From positions 1 through 64,000 of IMG/VR virus record IMGVR_UViG_3300029288_000153: a stretch of DNA of 64,000 nucleotides. One strand, written 5' to 3'. Below, in pieces: positions 46,892 to 55,909 of the stretch (position 1 is its first letter; each line of letters begins with the position of its first letter). A model generated the notes under the pieces. The model did no database searches and was not told the DNA's origin. It worked only from the letters and a program-made list of their open reading frames with translations. Position numbers and translations under genes: made by a program. The DNA comes from a virus. Taxonomy: Duplodnaviria; Caudoviricetes.

Positions 46892-48917
46892 TGACAAGTT
46901 GATGAGTGCTTCGTTAGATGCCGCTCGCCGTGGTGATTGGCAGAGGGCCATCGATCTGGCCAGACAGGTGCCTAAAAATTGGGACGTCTGGCAACAATTC
47001 CCGTCGATCGCGTTAGGTGACGAAGGGCAGGGGGCGGGGCTCCCTGATAGCGCCGTACACGCCATCATGGATGTAATCCCACAACAAAATCTGCTTGGAT
47101 TTCTCTACGAATATTCCACTAACCTACCGCCGACGGCCGGGGTGGAGGTACTTGGTAGAGTGGCCGATGCCGCAAAGGAAGACTATCTAACTACAGATAA
47201 CGTGACCCAGCACCCAAACTTCAAACTCGACCCTCACTCTAAGGCCCTAAAAAACGCCAGTGACTTCTGGGCAACATACGAGACGGAGGTAGGTGCTCAT
47301 CATTTTGCGGTGGTGAAGAGTCTGTTCACCGGCCGCCCCGAGGAAGTGGTGGATCATAGAGGTCAATCCGGTTCATCTGAGCAGCATATTCATCTGCTGC
47401 CTGATCTATCCGTATATGCCCAAGAGGTACAGCGCGCTGTATTACACGACGCCAATGATCGAGGGCATCAGATCAGGTACTTCGGCGCCGAGCCTCATAT
47501 TAAGGTGTATCGCGGTGTTGGTGGCCGATACGCGGCGGAGATAAGTAAGGCAGCCAACTATGATCCGGTAAGCGGTAAGGTAGACGGCAAGAATTTACGT
47601 ATTCCAACATCCCACTTGACCTCGTGGTCGACCGACCCTACGCTGGCTCATCGTTTTGCTACCACGCGAGCTACCGACCAAGAGACGGCGAACCGACCTG
47701 AACATCAGGTCGGTGTAGTGGTAGAAAAATGGATGCCGGTTAAGAATATTTTACACTCAGGATATCATACCGTGGTGCCCAGTCAGAATCATCCACATGC
47801 AGACGAGGAAGAGTTGGTGTTCGGCCATATGAACGAACATGTCAAGGTACCAACCACCTCCATACATTTTTTATCGCAACCTACATCGGAGCAGGGCTAT
47901 CAGTACCCGTGGGGGTCGAAACGTGGGGTGGCTCGTCCGAGCCCCTCGACGGCATCAAGGTCCCCGGGGGCACTTCACAAAGACGAACAAGATACCAAGG
48001 AGCCTTATTGGTGGCATGGGACACCTAGTGGCGACATGAGGGGTGGATCGACGGGTCTTCATATCGGAACCAAGAAGGCCGCCACCGAGGCCTTAACGGC
48101 TCGTATCGGACACCCCGTGGAGGGTAGTTGGGATGGCACCAGGGAGTACGGTAAGACCCTGTTGGCCGGGAAAAAGACGTTACGGGCTCGTGGTATCTAT
48201 CCCACCGGATATAGTGCCGAGTTGGCGCCTGAAGAGGATTTTTACGCCGATTCCATGCCACGGTTTTCGACCGACGTGCCAATGCTGCCTACGCATAAGC
48301 CTATAATATTTCCTGTCGCGATAGTAGGTAAGATGTCCAACACTCCACAGACACCTCATGCAGACTTTGCGGCCAATAGCAGGATGAAATCAGCTTTGCA
48401 GCGAGGTGTGGCTCGTAGGGGGTACTACTACGCCAACATTGGCGAGGACGCAGGAAATATCAGCGCGGTGCTACCTGGTCCCGAACACGTGCGGCGGCTT
48501 GATGGGTTAGGCAAGTCAGAGGTGGAAATCGACCCCCACGTGGTGGTGGCCATTGTGGCCCAAGATGGACTGGGGCGTATCCTATGGGGGCGGAAGCGGA
48601 GCAACAAAAAATGGTGTGTGCCGGCCGGTCACGTAAATTTAAACGAACATCCGGTGGATGGAGCCAAGAGGGAGCTGGGTGAGGAGACCGGTTTGATCCC
48701 TCGGCAGATGTGGTTGGTGGGGAGCGGGAATACCGCCGATGGGTCCATTTACGTCTACTACTGCGTGGTGGACGGTACTGTCACGCTCGCGCACGATCCA
48801 GACAACGAATTCGCACAGCTGATTTGGGTGGATTGTCTACGTGGTTTGCCCGACTTTATTCGGATGAATCTAGCGCACGCGCCCGATCTGGTCTGTGAGT
48901 TGATGGGGTGGCAGTAG
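46884..48917 (+). CDS. Multidomain protein: R-S-E ADP-ribosyltransferase + H-type ART-like + Nudix hydrolase
   Basis: KVYRG / SWSTD / DEEEL; WHGT / GLHIGT; Nudix box GHVNLNEHPVDGAKRELGEETGL. Confidence 0.75.
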   Translation: MDNDKLMSASLDAARRGDWQRAIDLARQVPKNWDVWQQFPSIALGDEGQGAGLPDSAVHAIMDVIPQQNLLGFLYEYSTNLPPTAGVEVLGRVADAAKEDYLTTDNVTQHPNFKLDPHSKALKNASDFWATYETEVGAHHFAVVKSLFTGRPEEVVDHRGQSGSSEQHIHLLPDLSVYAQEVQRAVLHDANDRGHQIRYFGAEPHIKVYRGVGGRYAAEISKAANYDPVSGKVDGKNLRIPTSHLTSWSTDPTLAHRFATTRATDQETANRPEHQVGVVVEKWMPVKNILHSGYHTVVPSQNHPHADEEELVFGHMNEHVKVPTTSIHFLSQPTSEQGYQYPWGSKRGVARPSPSTASRSPGALHKDEQDTKEPYWWHGTPSGDMRGGSTGLHIGTKKAATEALTARIGHPVEGSWDGTREYGKTLLAGKKTLRARGIYPTGYSAELAPEEDFYADSMPRFSTDVPMLPTHKPIIFPVAIVGKMSNTPQTPHADFAANSRMKSALQRGVARRGYYYANIGEDAGNISAVLPGPEHVRRLDGLGKSEVEIDPHVVVAIVAQDGLGRILWGRKRSNKKWCVPAGHVNLNEHPVDGAKRELGEETGLIPRQMWLVGSGNTADGSIYVYYCVVDGTVTLAHDPDNEFAQLIWVDCLRGLPDFIRMNLAHAPDLVCELMGWQ

Positions 48918-48931
48918 TCGGTACGTGCCGC

Positions 48932-48942
48932 CGTGTTATAAT
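48932..48942 (+). promoter_or_regulatory. Extended -10 promoter CGTGTTATAAT
   Basis: Perfect TGn-TATAAT upstream of ORF 48972. Confidence 0.7.
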
Positions 48943-48971
48943 GATGATGCGGGCTACCGACAAGGAGACGT

Positions 48972-49250
48972 ATGTTGGAAATGAACATAAAAATCTACGA
49001 CAACGGTAGGGTTTGTCGGTTTTTTGGCACAGAGCGCGAAATGGAGACCAAATTACGTCATATGTTCCCGACTGAAACCCAAAATGTTCGGGGATTAATT
49101 GGCTGTGTGGATGCGATTACTCAAGGTGGGTTCGCTGAGGTCGAGGTAGAGAATTGGCACGAACCCCCCGAGCGGAACGTGTTGCCTGAGGACTATCTTA
49201 CATCTGACTCGGGAGATGATCCTTGGGTCCGGGAAGGGGACCGAGAGTAA
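48972..49250 (+). CDS. Hypothetical protein
   Basis: RBS AAGGAG. Confidence 0.65.
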   Translation: MLEMNIKIYDNGRVCRFFGTEREMETKLRHMFPTETQNVRGLIGCVDAITQGGFAEVEVENWHEPPERNVLPEDYLTSDSGDDPWVREGDRE

Positions 49251-49289
49251 TCTGAGATGCGTTGTCCGATAGGCGAAAGTGCCGCGATG

Positions 49290-49296
49290 TAATCTA
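49290..49296 (+). promoter_or_regulatory. Candidate late promoter TAATCTA
   Basis: 6 nt upstream of ATG 49303, no SD between. Confidence 0.55.
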
Positions 49297-49302
49297 ATCA
49301 AC

Positions 49303-52300
49303 ATGGCCCTCAAGCCGACCACCCTTTCAGTCACCGAGTTGGACCCTCAGCAAATTGCTTCCAGGGTGGTAGATCAAGTCGATCAATCTACTAAGTACCG
49401 TACCACAGATCCTACGCAAGAGCGGGAGTTTACGGCCCGAAAGAAACCCGCCCCAATCTATAGCCCTCATGATATAGACGAAGCCCCCGACGAAGCCCCA
49501 AACCAAGGCATTGAGTACCCGGCGATATGGAAACAGAAGGCTTCGCTGACCCCCACGCAGTTAGTTATTGCCCATAAGTTGATGGGGCATATGTCGTCTT
49601 CCACCCCTCTTTCTGCGCCAGATCTATATCGAGCCTACAAGCATTCACCACAAACCCCCGCCTCCGTTTTTTTGAAGTACTCCGTGCATCGGATCAACCA
49701 TCTAGACGACTACGGCGATCCTCGAAAGGCACATGATTTAGATAAACAGTTCTTGGGGTTGGTGCAGAGAGGCAAGGCTGAGGATAAAAATGGTCATGTG
49801 TCTGTTTCGGATCTACACGGCTGGACACGCCGCCACGCCGCCAGGATTATTCCCGAGATACTAGCGATCCGAGATAAACATCAAAAACACATCTTAAGAG
49901 GTATTGGGTTAAATGTCCGGTCGATCAACGGCCAACCTCATGTGGCTCTGACCAGAGGGTTGGAGTCAGATTTTATGAGCGACGAGCATCCACTATCTAG
50001 TCACGCGGATAAGCCAGAAACTGGATTCGGTTTATGTATGCACCATAGTTGGGTACCGGTACGTGATCTATGGTATTCGTTTGATTTAGGAACAAAATAT
50101 AGTACGGGGAATATGGGCCCTGAGGACGAATATCTGATATCCAATACGTTACCTAGGTATCAGGCAACTCCCAATGACGTCACGATGGGGCGCATTAAGC
50201 CTTATACATTAGATAGCGGTGTTGGCGTTCCTGAGAGCGAGTATGCGTACGACTCTGATACTGATCAGCAATTAGCCGCCAAGGTAAATGCGTTGCCGGC
50301 GGATACCTCCTCGGCTCTCGATGGGTTGTTAAATCAGATATATCAACTCCCAAATGCAGGTGCGGCCGTTTACGAGGCGGTCAAAAAAAAGCTCCCGAAC
50401 TTCCACCATATTAAAAGTGACTACTATTGCTATAAATGGTATCCGCGCGAAGAGATCATGCGCGACTACGGCAATGTCGTTGATATAGCCCGTGCCGAAC
50501 CTTTACAGAACCCCAATCTGACTTCACAGGATTTAGACAAATTAAGTCGGGCTGTATTAAATCCGAGTTTGCTTCGCCCCGAGTCGCACCCGGATCCCGA
50601 AAGGGCTAAGAGAGATGTCATTTTAGAGTGGATGCGGCATCCATCCATGACCTCACATGTCTTAGAACGTACATGGAAGAACACTCCGTCAAGCAATCCT
50701 CTTCGAAGTCGGTTATTGGAATCACCTCTAGCTACCCCCGTGATGCTACAGGAGGTAACTGACCAGATCGATGACGATAAAGACAACGATCACGCGGTTA
50801 CGTCTTTATTGGGGGTCGTCCGCAACCCCCATCACACTGAAAAGCATGGACAGGTGGCATATGATTGGGCGGTGCGACATGGATTATTCGACGATACGGC
50901 GATAGTAGGCGGTTTGCATGCTATAGTCACCGCCGCCAAGTTGCCGATTCAGACTGTTCGCCAGATGGCGGACAAACAGGATACGTTTGCAGGTAGGCAA
51001 GTACTCAAGAGATACGTTTCCTTCAATCCCCGCGCCGCCCCTAATATAGCACAGCTCGCTGTTGAAGGAAAAGTTTCTCGTGAACATCTGAATTCAAGAT
51101 TGACATCCCTCCGTAAGCTCGAATCAGAGCTACAGATGCCATATCTACGGATGTTACTAGATGGCGACGTGGCGAATATTAAGAAGCTAAAAGCGAATGT
51201 GTCAGGGCGCGATGCTTATGATGTGGCGATTAATTCTAGTTTGACTCCGGAGTCGATCAGATTGTTGAGTCACTATCCGATTAAAAGTGTTCGCAACGCG
51301 TTATTTCACAACAAATCCGTATTGCCCGAGCAGATCAAAGAAGCGTTTCCAAAGGAGCTACCGTTTCCTCAGCCCCCTACCCTACTGGCCCCCCTACCCT
51401 CAACTGGCGATCCTATTGCTGATGAGATAGCCGCTGCGTATTATAGCCGCAAGGCCTACGAGGATCAAAGGAACAAGAAACATTTAATCAAACCTCTGCC
51501 GCCTGATCTTGCGAAGTCTGATGTGGATATGTGGCGAGCGCAGGTCCGCGAGTGGTTGGCCGACCAGGAAGTGAAAGGGTACTACCTGGTAGTTGATCAA
51601 GAGCATGCCACTAATATAGTACGAGATCAAGCTATTGAACCGCAGTTTACCGATAGGTTGTTGGAGGGGGAGGCGATTTTTGCGCACAGAGCCTCTCCTG
51701 TATTTATCGGCAATTGGCACCTGACCGCTCATCCGGATGACGTGTTGGTTTATTTCGAGACTTCTAGTCAACCTCAACAACAAGGTGACGAGTACTACTG
51801 GACTGCTCGGATTCCAATCGAGAACGCTCGTATAGTCGATGTGGCCACGCCGCTGGCTAAGTTTCAAACGCCGCTTATGTTCCCGGGGTTGGGAATATCA
51901 GACGATCGTCGTGAAACCAAGATTATACAAACACCTACGGAACGCAAAGGTGTGGCGAGAGCTGCTGCCGCACAGGCGGTACGAGAAAATCAGGTCGGGG
52001 ATGTGTCGTTTGATCCTCAAGTTAACATTAAAATAGCCAATAGGGCCTATGGTCGTTATCGGAAATTAGTGACTGAGGGATCTTCTCCTGAAGGGGTGAC
52101 CTTCGAGGGGGTGGCGGGGGTAGGTCATCCGGGTTTTGGCATTAAAAAACAGGATAGAGAGCGAATCCCAGGAGCCGGATCTGGACAGTCTGCTATATCC
52201 ATTGCCGTTGTGCCTGCCCAAGACAACGCGGGGGACAAGGGGGTTCCGGCCACGGTAGTCCACGAAAATCTACATCGTATTTTTTCGCGGGTGCAACATC

Positions 52301-53871
52301 GTCATGGCACGTCGGCCCGAAACACACTAGCAACGAATCTGCTATACGCCCTACCACAAGACACCCGAGAGGCGATATCGGAGCATATGTTATATCAAAG
52401 AACCGACCTGCCTCCTGGGCCTGGGTGGGATGAGGAAGCGCTGACCATGTTGGGATCGTACTTGAATGACCCAAAGGCTCGCAGATCGTTTCACGACAAA
52501 CAACAGCACTCCCCTGAGCAAGAGCAGCAATTTTCGGAGAAGATGAAGCGAGCATATAAGACCCTACACGCTATCTCGGGAACTGTACACGAAGGGTGGT
52601 TACATCGCTTGCGTCCGTGGCTACATAAAGGGCAAGGTGAAGTGCCGGCCCATCAGCTAATTGACGTGGATTTAGGCAAATCGGACTCTATCGGGTTCAT
52701 TTTATCGGACGAAAAGGTGTTTGGGGCCGGCGAGGAGTCGGCTGCTAATATGTTGTTGGGGCATAATAAGCACCACGATGTTGCCGTGGCGGCGGCTATG
52801 TTTTTGGTGGGTCGCAGCCGCTTGCCCGACGACGACGCATTTCGTACTGCCATGCGGGTCTATGATGGAGACTACGAGAGTGCTGCATTGTTCTCGGTGG
52901 GGCTAACTAACTCCACAGAGAATCTGCGAGCCCTAAGGGCCGCTATTGAGTTAGGTGAGTTCGATAAGACACTATCTAAGTCCGAGTATCCAACGACGCG
53001 CATTGGGTCCGTGGGGGCCGGTACAGTAGACGCACAAGATACTGCCAATCAAGTAGCCAGAGGGGTGACGGCCGGTTTGGTGCGAGCACTTCATCTCCGT
53101 GGCAAGCATTCGGCCGGCGCCACGGCGGTGCGTGATCCTCAGACAGGTGGTGTCTGGCTACTTAAGCCAGCTGCCAATAAGCCTAGTCCAGCTAAGGGGA
53201 TTAGAGAAGACCCGTCCAGTCAGTCTGAGCGCGAGGCGGCTTTTTGGCATTGTGCTCAGGTAATGGGTTTGGAGAGGTATATGCCTCGCTGTGACCTATT
53301 AGTAGTCGACGGACATAAAGTAGCGGCCATCAAGCTGTTAGGCGATAGGTGGCATGGTTTATCGGAGCGCGACAAGGCGGTTGCAAATAGAGCTGTAGAG
53401 ATTCTGACTCCATATTTGCAACGTGGAGATGTGCATCGGTTCGCGATTATGGATTGGGTGCTGGGCCAGGTAGATAGGCACGGACAAAACATCCTGACAA
53501 CCAACCATGCTATTGCGTTGATCGACGAGGGGTCTACGTTTGCTGCCGCGGGCTTCAATCCGGGCTGCGATACTAAGTCGTTCGTCCCTTATTATCTTAG
53601 AGTATTTGCTCCGAGTGGTTTTTCTACAAAAAACCCCGACGATCGGGCGCGTGGTTTACCTGTGCTGGAACACGAGGTTGATGCACAGGTGCGTCAATGG
53701 GTCAAGAATATCGATCCCGCTACGCTATTAGAAACAATGTCTCGATACGGGATCGGCGCCGTTGCGCAGAAAGCGGTATTATCGCGGCTCGACGCCCTAC
53801 AACACGCCACCGTGTCGTCGATTAGCTCGTATGTCAATCAATTGTGGTGTGGTGTTCACTCCCACGATTGA
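49303..53871 (+). CDS. About 1520-aa polyvalent protein: ART + helical repeats + zincin (HExxH) + HipA/PI3K-like kinase
   Basis: LTRG / LSSH / EDEYL; HENLH...EEAL; WLLKP, EREAA, DWVLGQVDRHGQN, LIDEG. Confidence 0.8.
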   Translation: MALKPTTLSVTELDPQQIASRVVDQVDQSTKYRTTDPTQEREFTARKKPAPIYSPHDIDEAPDEAPNQGIEYPAIWKQKASLTPTQLVIAHKLMGHMSSSTPLSAPDLYRAYKHSPQTPASVFLKYSVHRINHLDDYGDPRKAHDLDKQFLGLVQRGKAEDKNGHVSVSDLHGWTRRHAARIIPEILAIRDKHQKHILRGIGLNVRSINGQPHVALTRGLESDFMSDEHPLSSHADKPETGFGLCMHHSWVPVRDLWYSFDLGTKYSTGNMGPEDEYLISNTLPRYQATPNDVTMGRIKPYTLDSGVGVPESEYAYDSDTDQQLAAKVNALPADTSSALDGLLNQIYQLPNAGAAVYEAVKKKLPNFHHIKSDYYCYKWYPREEIMRDYGNVVDIARAEPLQNPNLTSQDLDKLSRAVLNPSLLRPESHPDPERAKRDVILEWMRHPSMTSHVLERTWKNTPSSNPLRSRLLESPLATPVMLQEVTDQIDDDKDNDHAVTSLLGVVRNPHHTEKHGQVAYDWAVRHGLFDDTAIVGGLHAIVTAAKLPIQTVRQMADKQDTFAGRQVLKRYVSFNPRAAPNIAQLAVEGKVSREHLNSRLTSLRKLESELQMPYLRMLLDGDVANIKKLKANVSGRDAYDVAINSSLTPESIRLLSHYPIKSVRNALFHNKSVLPEQIKEAFPKELPFPQPPTLLAPLPSTGDPIADEIAAAYYSRKAYEDQRNKKHLIKPLPPDLAKSDVDMWRAQVREWLADQEVKGYYLVVDQEHATNIVRDQAIEPQFTDRLLEGEAIFAHRASPVFIGNWHLTAHPDDVLVYFETSSQPQQQGDEYYWTARIPIENARIVDVATPLAKFQTPLMFPGLGISDDRRETKIIQTPTERKGVARAAAAQAVRENQVGDVSFDPQVNIKIANRAYGRYRKLVTEGSSPEGVTFEGVAGVGHPGFGIKKQDRERIPGAGSGQSAISIAVVPAQDNAGDKGVPATVVHENLHRIFSRVQHRHGTSARNTLATNLLYALPQDTREAISEHMLYQRTDLPPGPGWDEEALTMLGSYLNDPKARRSFHDKQQHSPEQEQQFSEKMKRAYKTLHAISGTVHEGWLHRLRPWLHKGQGEVPAHQLIDVDLGKSDSIGFILSDEKVFGAGEESAANMLLGHNKHHDVAVAAAMFLVGRSRLPDDDAFRTAMRVYDGDYESAALFSVGLTNSTENLRALRAAIELGEFDKTLSKSEYPTTRIGSVGAGTVDAQDTANQVARGVTAGLVRALHLRGKHSAGATAVRDPQTGGVWLLKPAANKPSPAKGIREDPSSQSEREAAFWHCAQVMGLERYMPRCDLLVVDGHKVAAIKLLGDRWHGLSERDKAVANRAVEILTPYLQRGDVHRFAIMDWVLGQVDRHGQNILTTNHAIALIDEGSTFAAAGFNPGCDTKSFVPYYLRVFAPSGFSTKNPDDRARGLPVLEHEVDAQVRQWVKNIDPATLLETMSRYGIGAVAQKAVLSRLDALQHATVSSISSYVNQLWCGVHSHD

Positions 53872-54241
53872 TGAGTTGAGGTAGTTTCGGGGAAGACGAT
53901 ACGATATGGAGGAGCGCCAGGGCCTCAGCTGAGCATCTGTTTTCTGCCCAGTTTATTATTTGACCTTGAGGTAGCCCCAACATGCGCTCAATATACGCCA
54001 AAGGACATCTTTTTTGAGTGAATAAGTCGATGATTTTGAGTAACGCTGTTTGTCGGGCCTTGGCTATGGCTTTGTTGATCTTGTTGTCGTTTACGTGTCT
54101 GAAATCGCCTGTCAGCGAGCAGTCGCGACATATATTGATTGTTTCGCGATATCTTACGGTGCTGGCTATGGGCACTTGCAATATCGTATCCGTGTAGGAT
54201 GTAGATATCGACGTGGACCGACATCCGGGGCATTGTGTCAT
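53834..54241 (-). CDS. MqsA/YgiT-like Zn-ribbon + HTH protein
   Basis: CPGC...ICRDC, then IERMLGLPQGQIINW...ALALL; probable start MTQCP at 54241. Confidence 0.65.
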   Translation of the reverse strand: MTQCPGCRSTSISTSYTDTILQVPIASTVRYRETINICRDCSLTGDFRHVNDNKINKAIAKARQTALLKIIDLFTQKRCPLAYIERMLGLPQGQIINWAENRCSAEALALLHIVSSSPKLPQLINRGSEHHTTID

Positions 54242-54261
54242 TTGATTTGATCGTGAGCAGG

Positions 54262-54570
54262 TCATTTGCGTCTCCACTTCATCATCGCGTCGGCAATCTG
54301 ATAGGCGCGGCCTACGATGGTGTCGGCGTATGGATCGACATGAGATACGGCATTTGCGTCAGTGACGATTCCTTGCATGGCTATCTCGGCGATCCGGTCC
54401 CGCTGTCCCGGTGCCAACGGATGCTCAGAGCACCACCAGTCGGCATATCGATTCACTCCGTGTTCGGCCTGTAGCACCAGCGCGTGATGACACTCACCTG
54501 GCCGTGAAACACCTAAGGAGATCCAATATGGGCACGTATCACAGCGCAACTGCGGATTAGATTCAGCCAT
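54262..54570 (-). CDS. Hypothetical protein
   Basis: CDTC...GEC...WCSEH; RDRIAEIAMQG...RAYQIADAMM phage-type motif. Confidence 0.65.
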   Translation of the reverse strand: MAESNPQLRCDTCPYWISLGVSRPGECHHALVLQAEHGVNRYADWWCSEHPLAPGQRDRIAEIAMQGIVTDANAVSHVDPYADTIVGRAYQIADAMMKWRRK

Positions 54571-54652
54571 TAGTCAATCCCGTCTCGGTGAGTTTCATGT
54601 TGTTGGTATCTTTATCTTGTTTGGTTAGGCCCCAAACATTACATATGTCGAT

Positions 54653-54663
54653 ATTATATCACG
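54653..54663 (-). promoter_or_regulatory. Extended -10 promoter CGTGATATAAT
   Basis: Perfect TGn-TATAAT. Confidence 0.65.
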
Positions 54664-54826
54664 ATCCTTTGAGTTGGAGGTAGATTTTCAACGCAAAAAA
54701 TAATATCCCCAGTCCGGCCGCGTATATTAAGATGCGCCAAGTGAACTTACGACTCCAAATTAACCCAGCGATCACCACAGCAACGCCGCACCCCGGTATG
54801 GCCCAATTAGGTAATATGAAATCCAT
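54659..54826 (-). CDS. Small 2-TM membrane protein (55 aa)
   Basis: Hand-found: MDFILPNWAIPGCGVAVVIAGLIWSRKFTWRILIYAAGLGILFFALKIYLQLKGS. Confidence 0.55.
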   Translation of the reverse strand: MDFILPNWAIPGCGVAVVIAGLIWSRKFTWRILIYAAGLGILFFALKIYLQLKGS

Positions 54827-54850
54827 ACTATTTGGCTCCGTGTAGGGTAT

Positions 54851-55243
54851 CTACATAAATCTAGGGTACGTCCAGACGAGCTTGTCGGCGCCTTGAGGTG
54901 TCATTGGCGCGTATTGGCTTAAGTTGCTGATCATGTATTGAACAGCCACCGGATTAGCGGAGTGTAGGATGAGTTTACGGGGCCACATCAATAACCCATC
55001 CCTCTCCTGCGCAGTGATTAGTCGCTTTATTATTTCCCGCCCCTCGTTTTCGAGCCCAGGTACTCCGAGGTCGTTGTCGAGCGAGCAGGTGTCGACGTTG
55101 TAAGTGCACAGTAGCTCCCAGCACTCATCTACCGTCTTAACGCTCCAGCATTCCTTCACCGTCTTAGGATCATAGAACCCTTTTGGGGGCGTACGTTCGT
55201 CGTCCAGGTAGACGGCTATGAGATGTGTCCTGTACGTAGTCAT
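54851..55243 (-). CDS. Cyclic-phosphate-processing receiver (cREC-like) domain protein
   Basis: YLDDERTPP, SLDNDLG, LHSANPV. Confidence 0.75.
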   Translation of the reverse strand: MTTYRTHLIAVYLDDERTPPKGFYDPKTVKECWSVKTVDECWELLCTYNVDTCSLDNDLGVPGLENEGREIIKRLITAQERDGLLMWPRKLILHSANPVAVQYMISNLSQYAPMTPQGADKLVWTYPRFM

Positions 55244-55899
55244 GGTTGGCTAAAGGCGAGAGCCCTGGTGGTTTTTGTGATTATCACCTTTTCTATGTTT
55301 TGTACAGTGGATCTACTTACCCCGTATTTCGTAGATAGGATCCCAAGATCGGTCGGATTATAAGACAGCAGACGACCGTACACTACCTCTCGACACAGGT
55401 TGGCGTCATATCTACTACGATGCCCCTTAGTCAATCGATCTATCACTCCGCATAAGGTACGGCGCAAGTGGGCGGCTCGATCCTGTTTGATTGCCGCATC
55501 TTCGGGGGTGTCTTCGGGGGACGTCGTAGACTCAAAATAGGATCTAGCTCCGTCGCTGCTCGTGTCGTCTATCGATACGTCGGCCTGGGCTTTTGTTCGT
55601 ACATTGCGTACCACGCAGGAGGAGCCGGCGCATCGGTATCGCTGGATGTAGGTGCGTACCCACTGAGCCGCGTAAAAGCGGAACTGCAGCCCTTTGGCGG
55701 GATTAAAGTTTGGAATAACATCCCTAATGATCGTCATTCTGCCCACTTGAGCCAGATCCTCTCGTTCACTGGATGGGCACTTGGTTTTGGCTACTATGGC
55801 GGCGATATCTCGCTCGCAGTACTTGATCAGCGCTTCGACGGCTCGTTTGTTGCCTGCCTTGGCTGCGCAGGCGAGGCGGTTTTGGTCGTTGGGGGTCAT
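55240..55899 (-). CDS. sigma70-family sigma factor (regions 2 and 4)
   Basis: GNKRAVEALI, EDLAQVG, FNPAKGLQFRFYAAQWVR, YGVSRSTVQNIE. Confidence 0.85.
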   Translation of the reverse strand: MTPNDQNRLACAAKAGNKRAVEALIKYCERDIAAIVAKTKCPSSEREDLAQVGRMTIIRDVIPNFNPAKGLQFRFYAAQWVRTYIQRYRCAGSSCVVRNVRTKAQADVSIDDTSSDGARSYFESTTSPEDTPEDAAIKQDRAAHLRRTLCGVIDRLTKGHRSRYDANLCREVVYGRLLSYNPTDLGILSTKYGVSRSTVQNIEKVIITKTTRALAFSQP

Positions 55900-55909
55900 G
55901 GTTGGTCCT

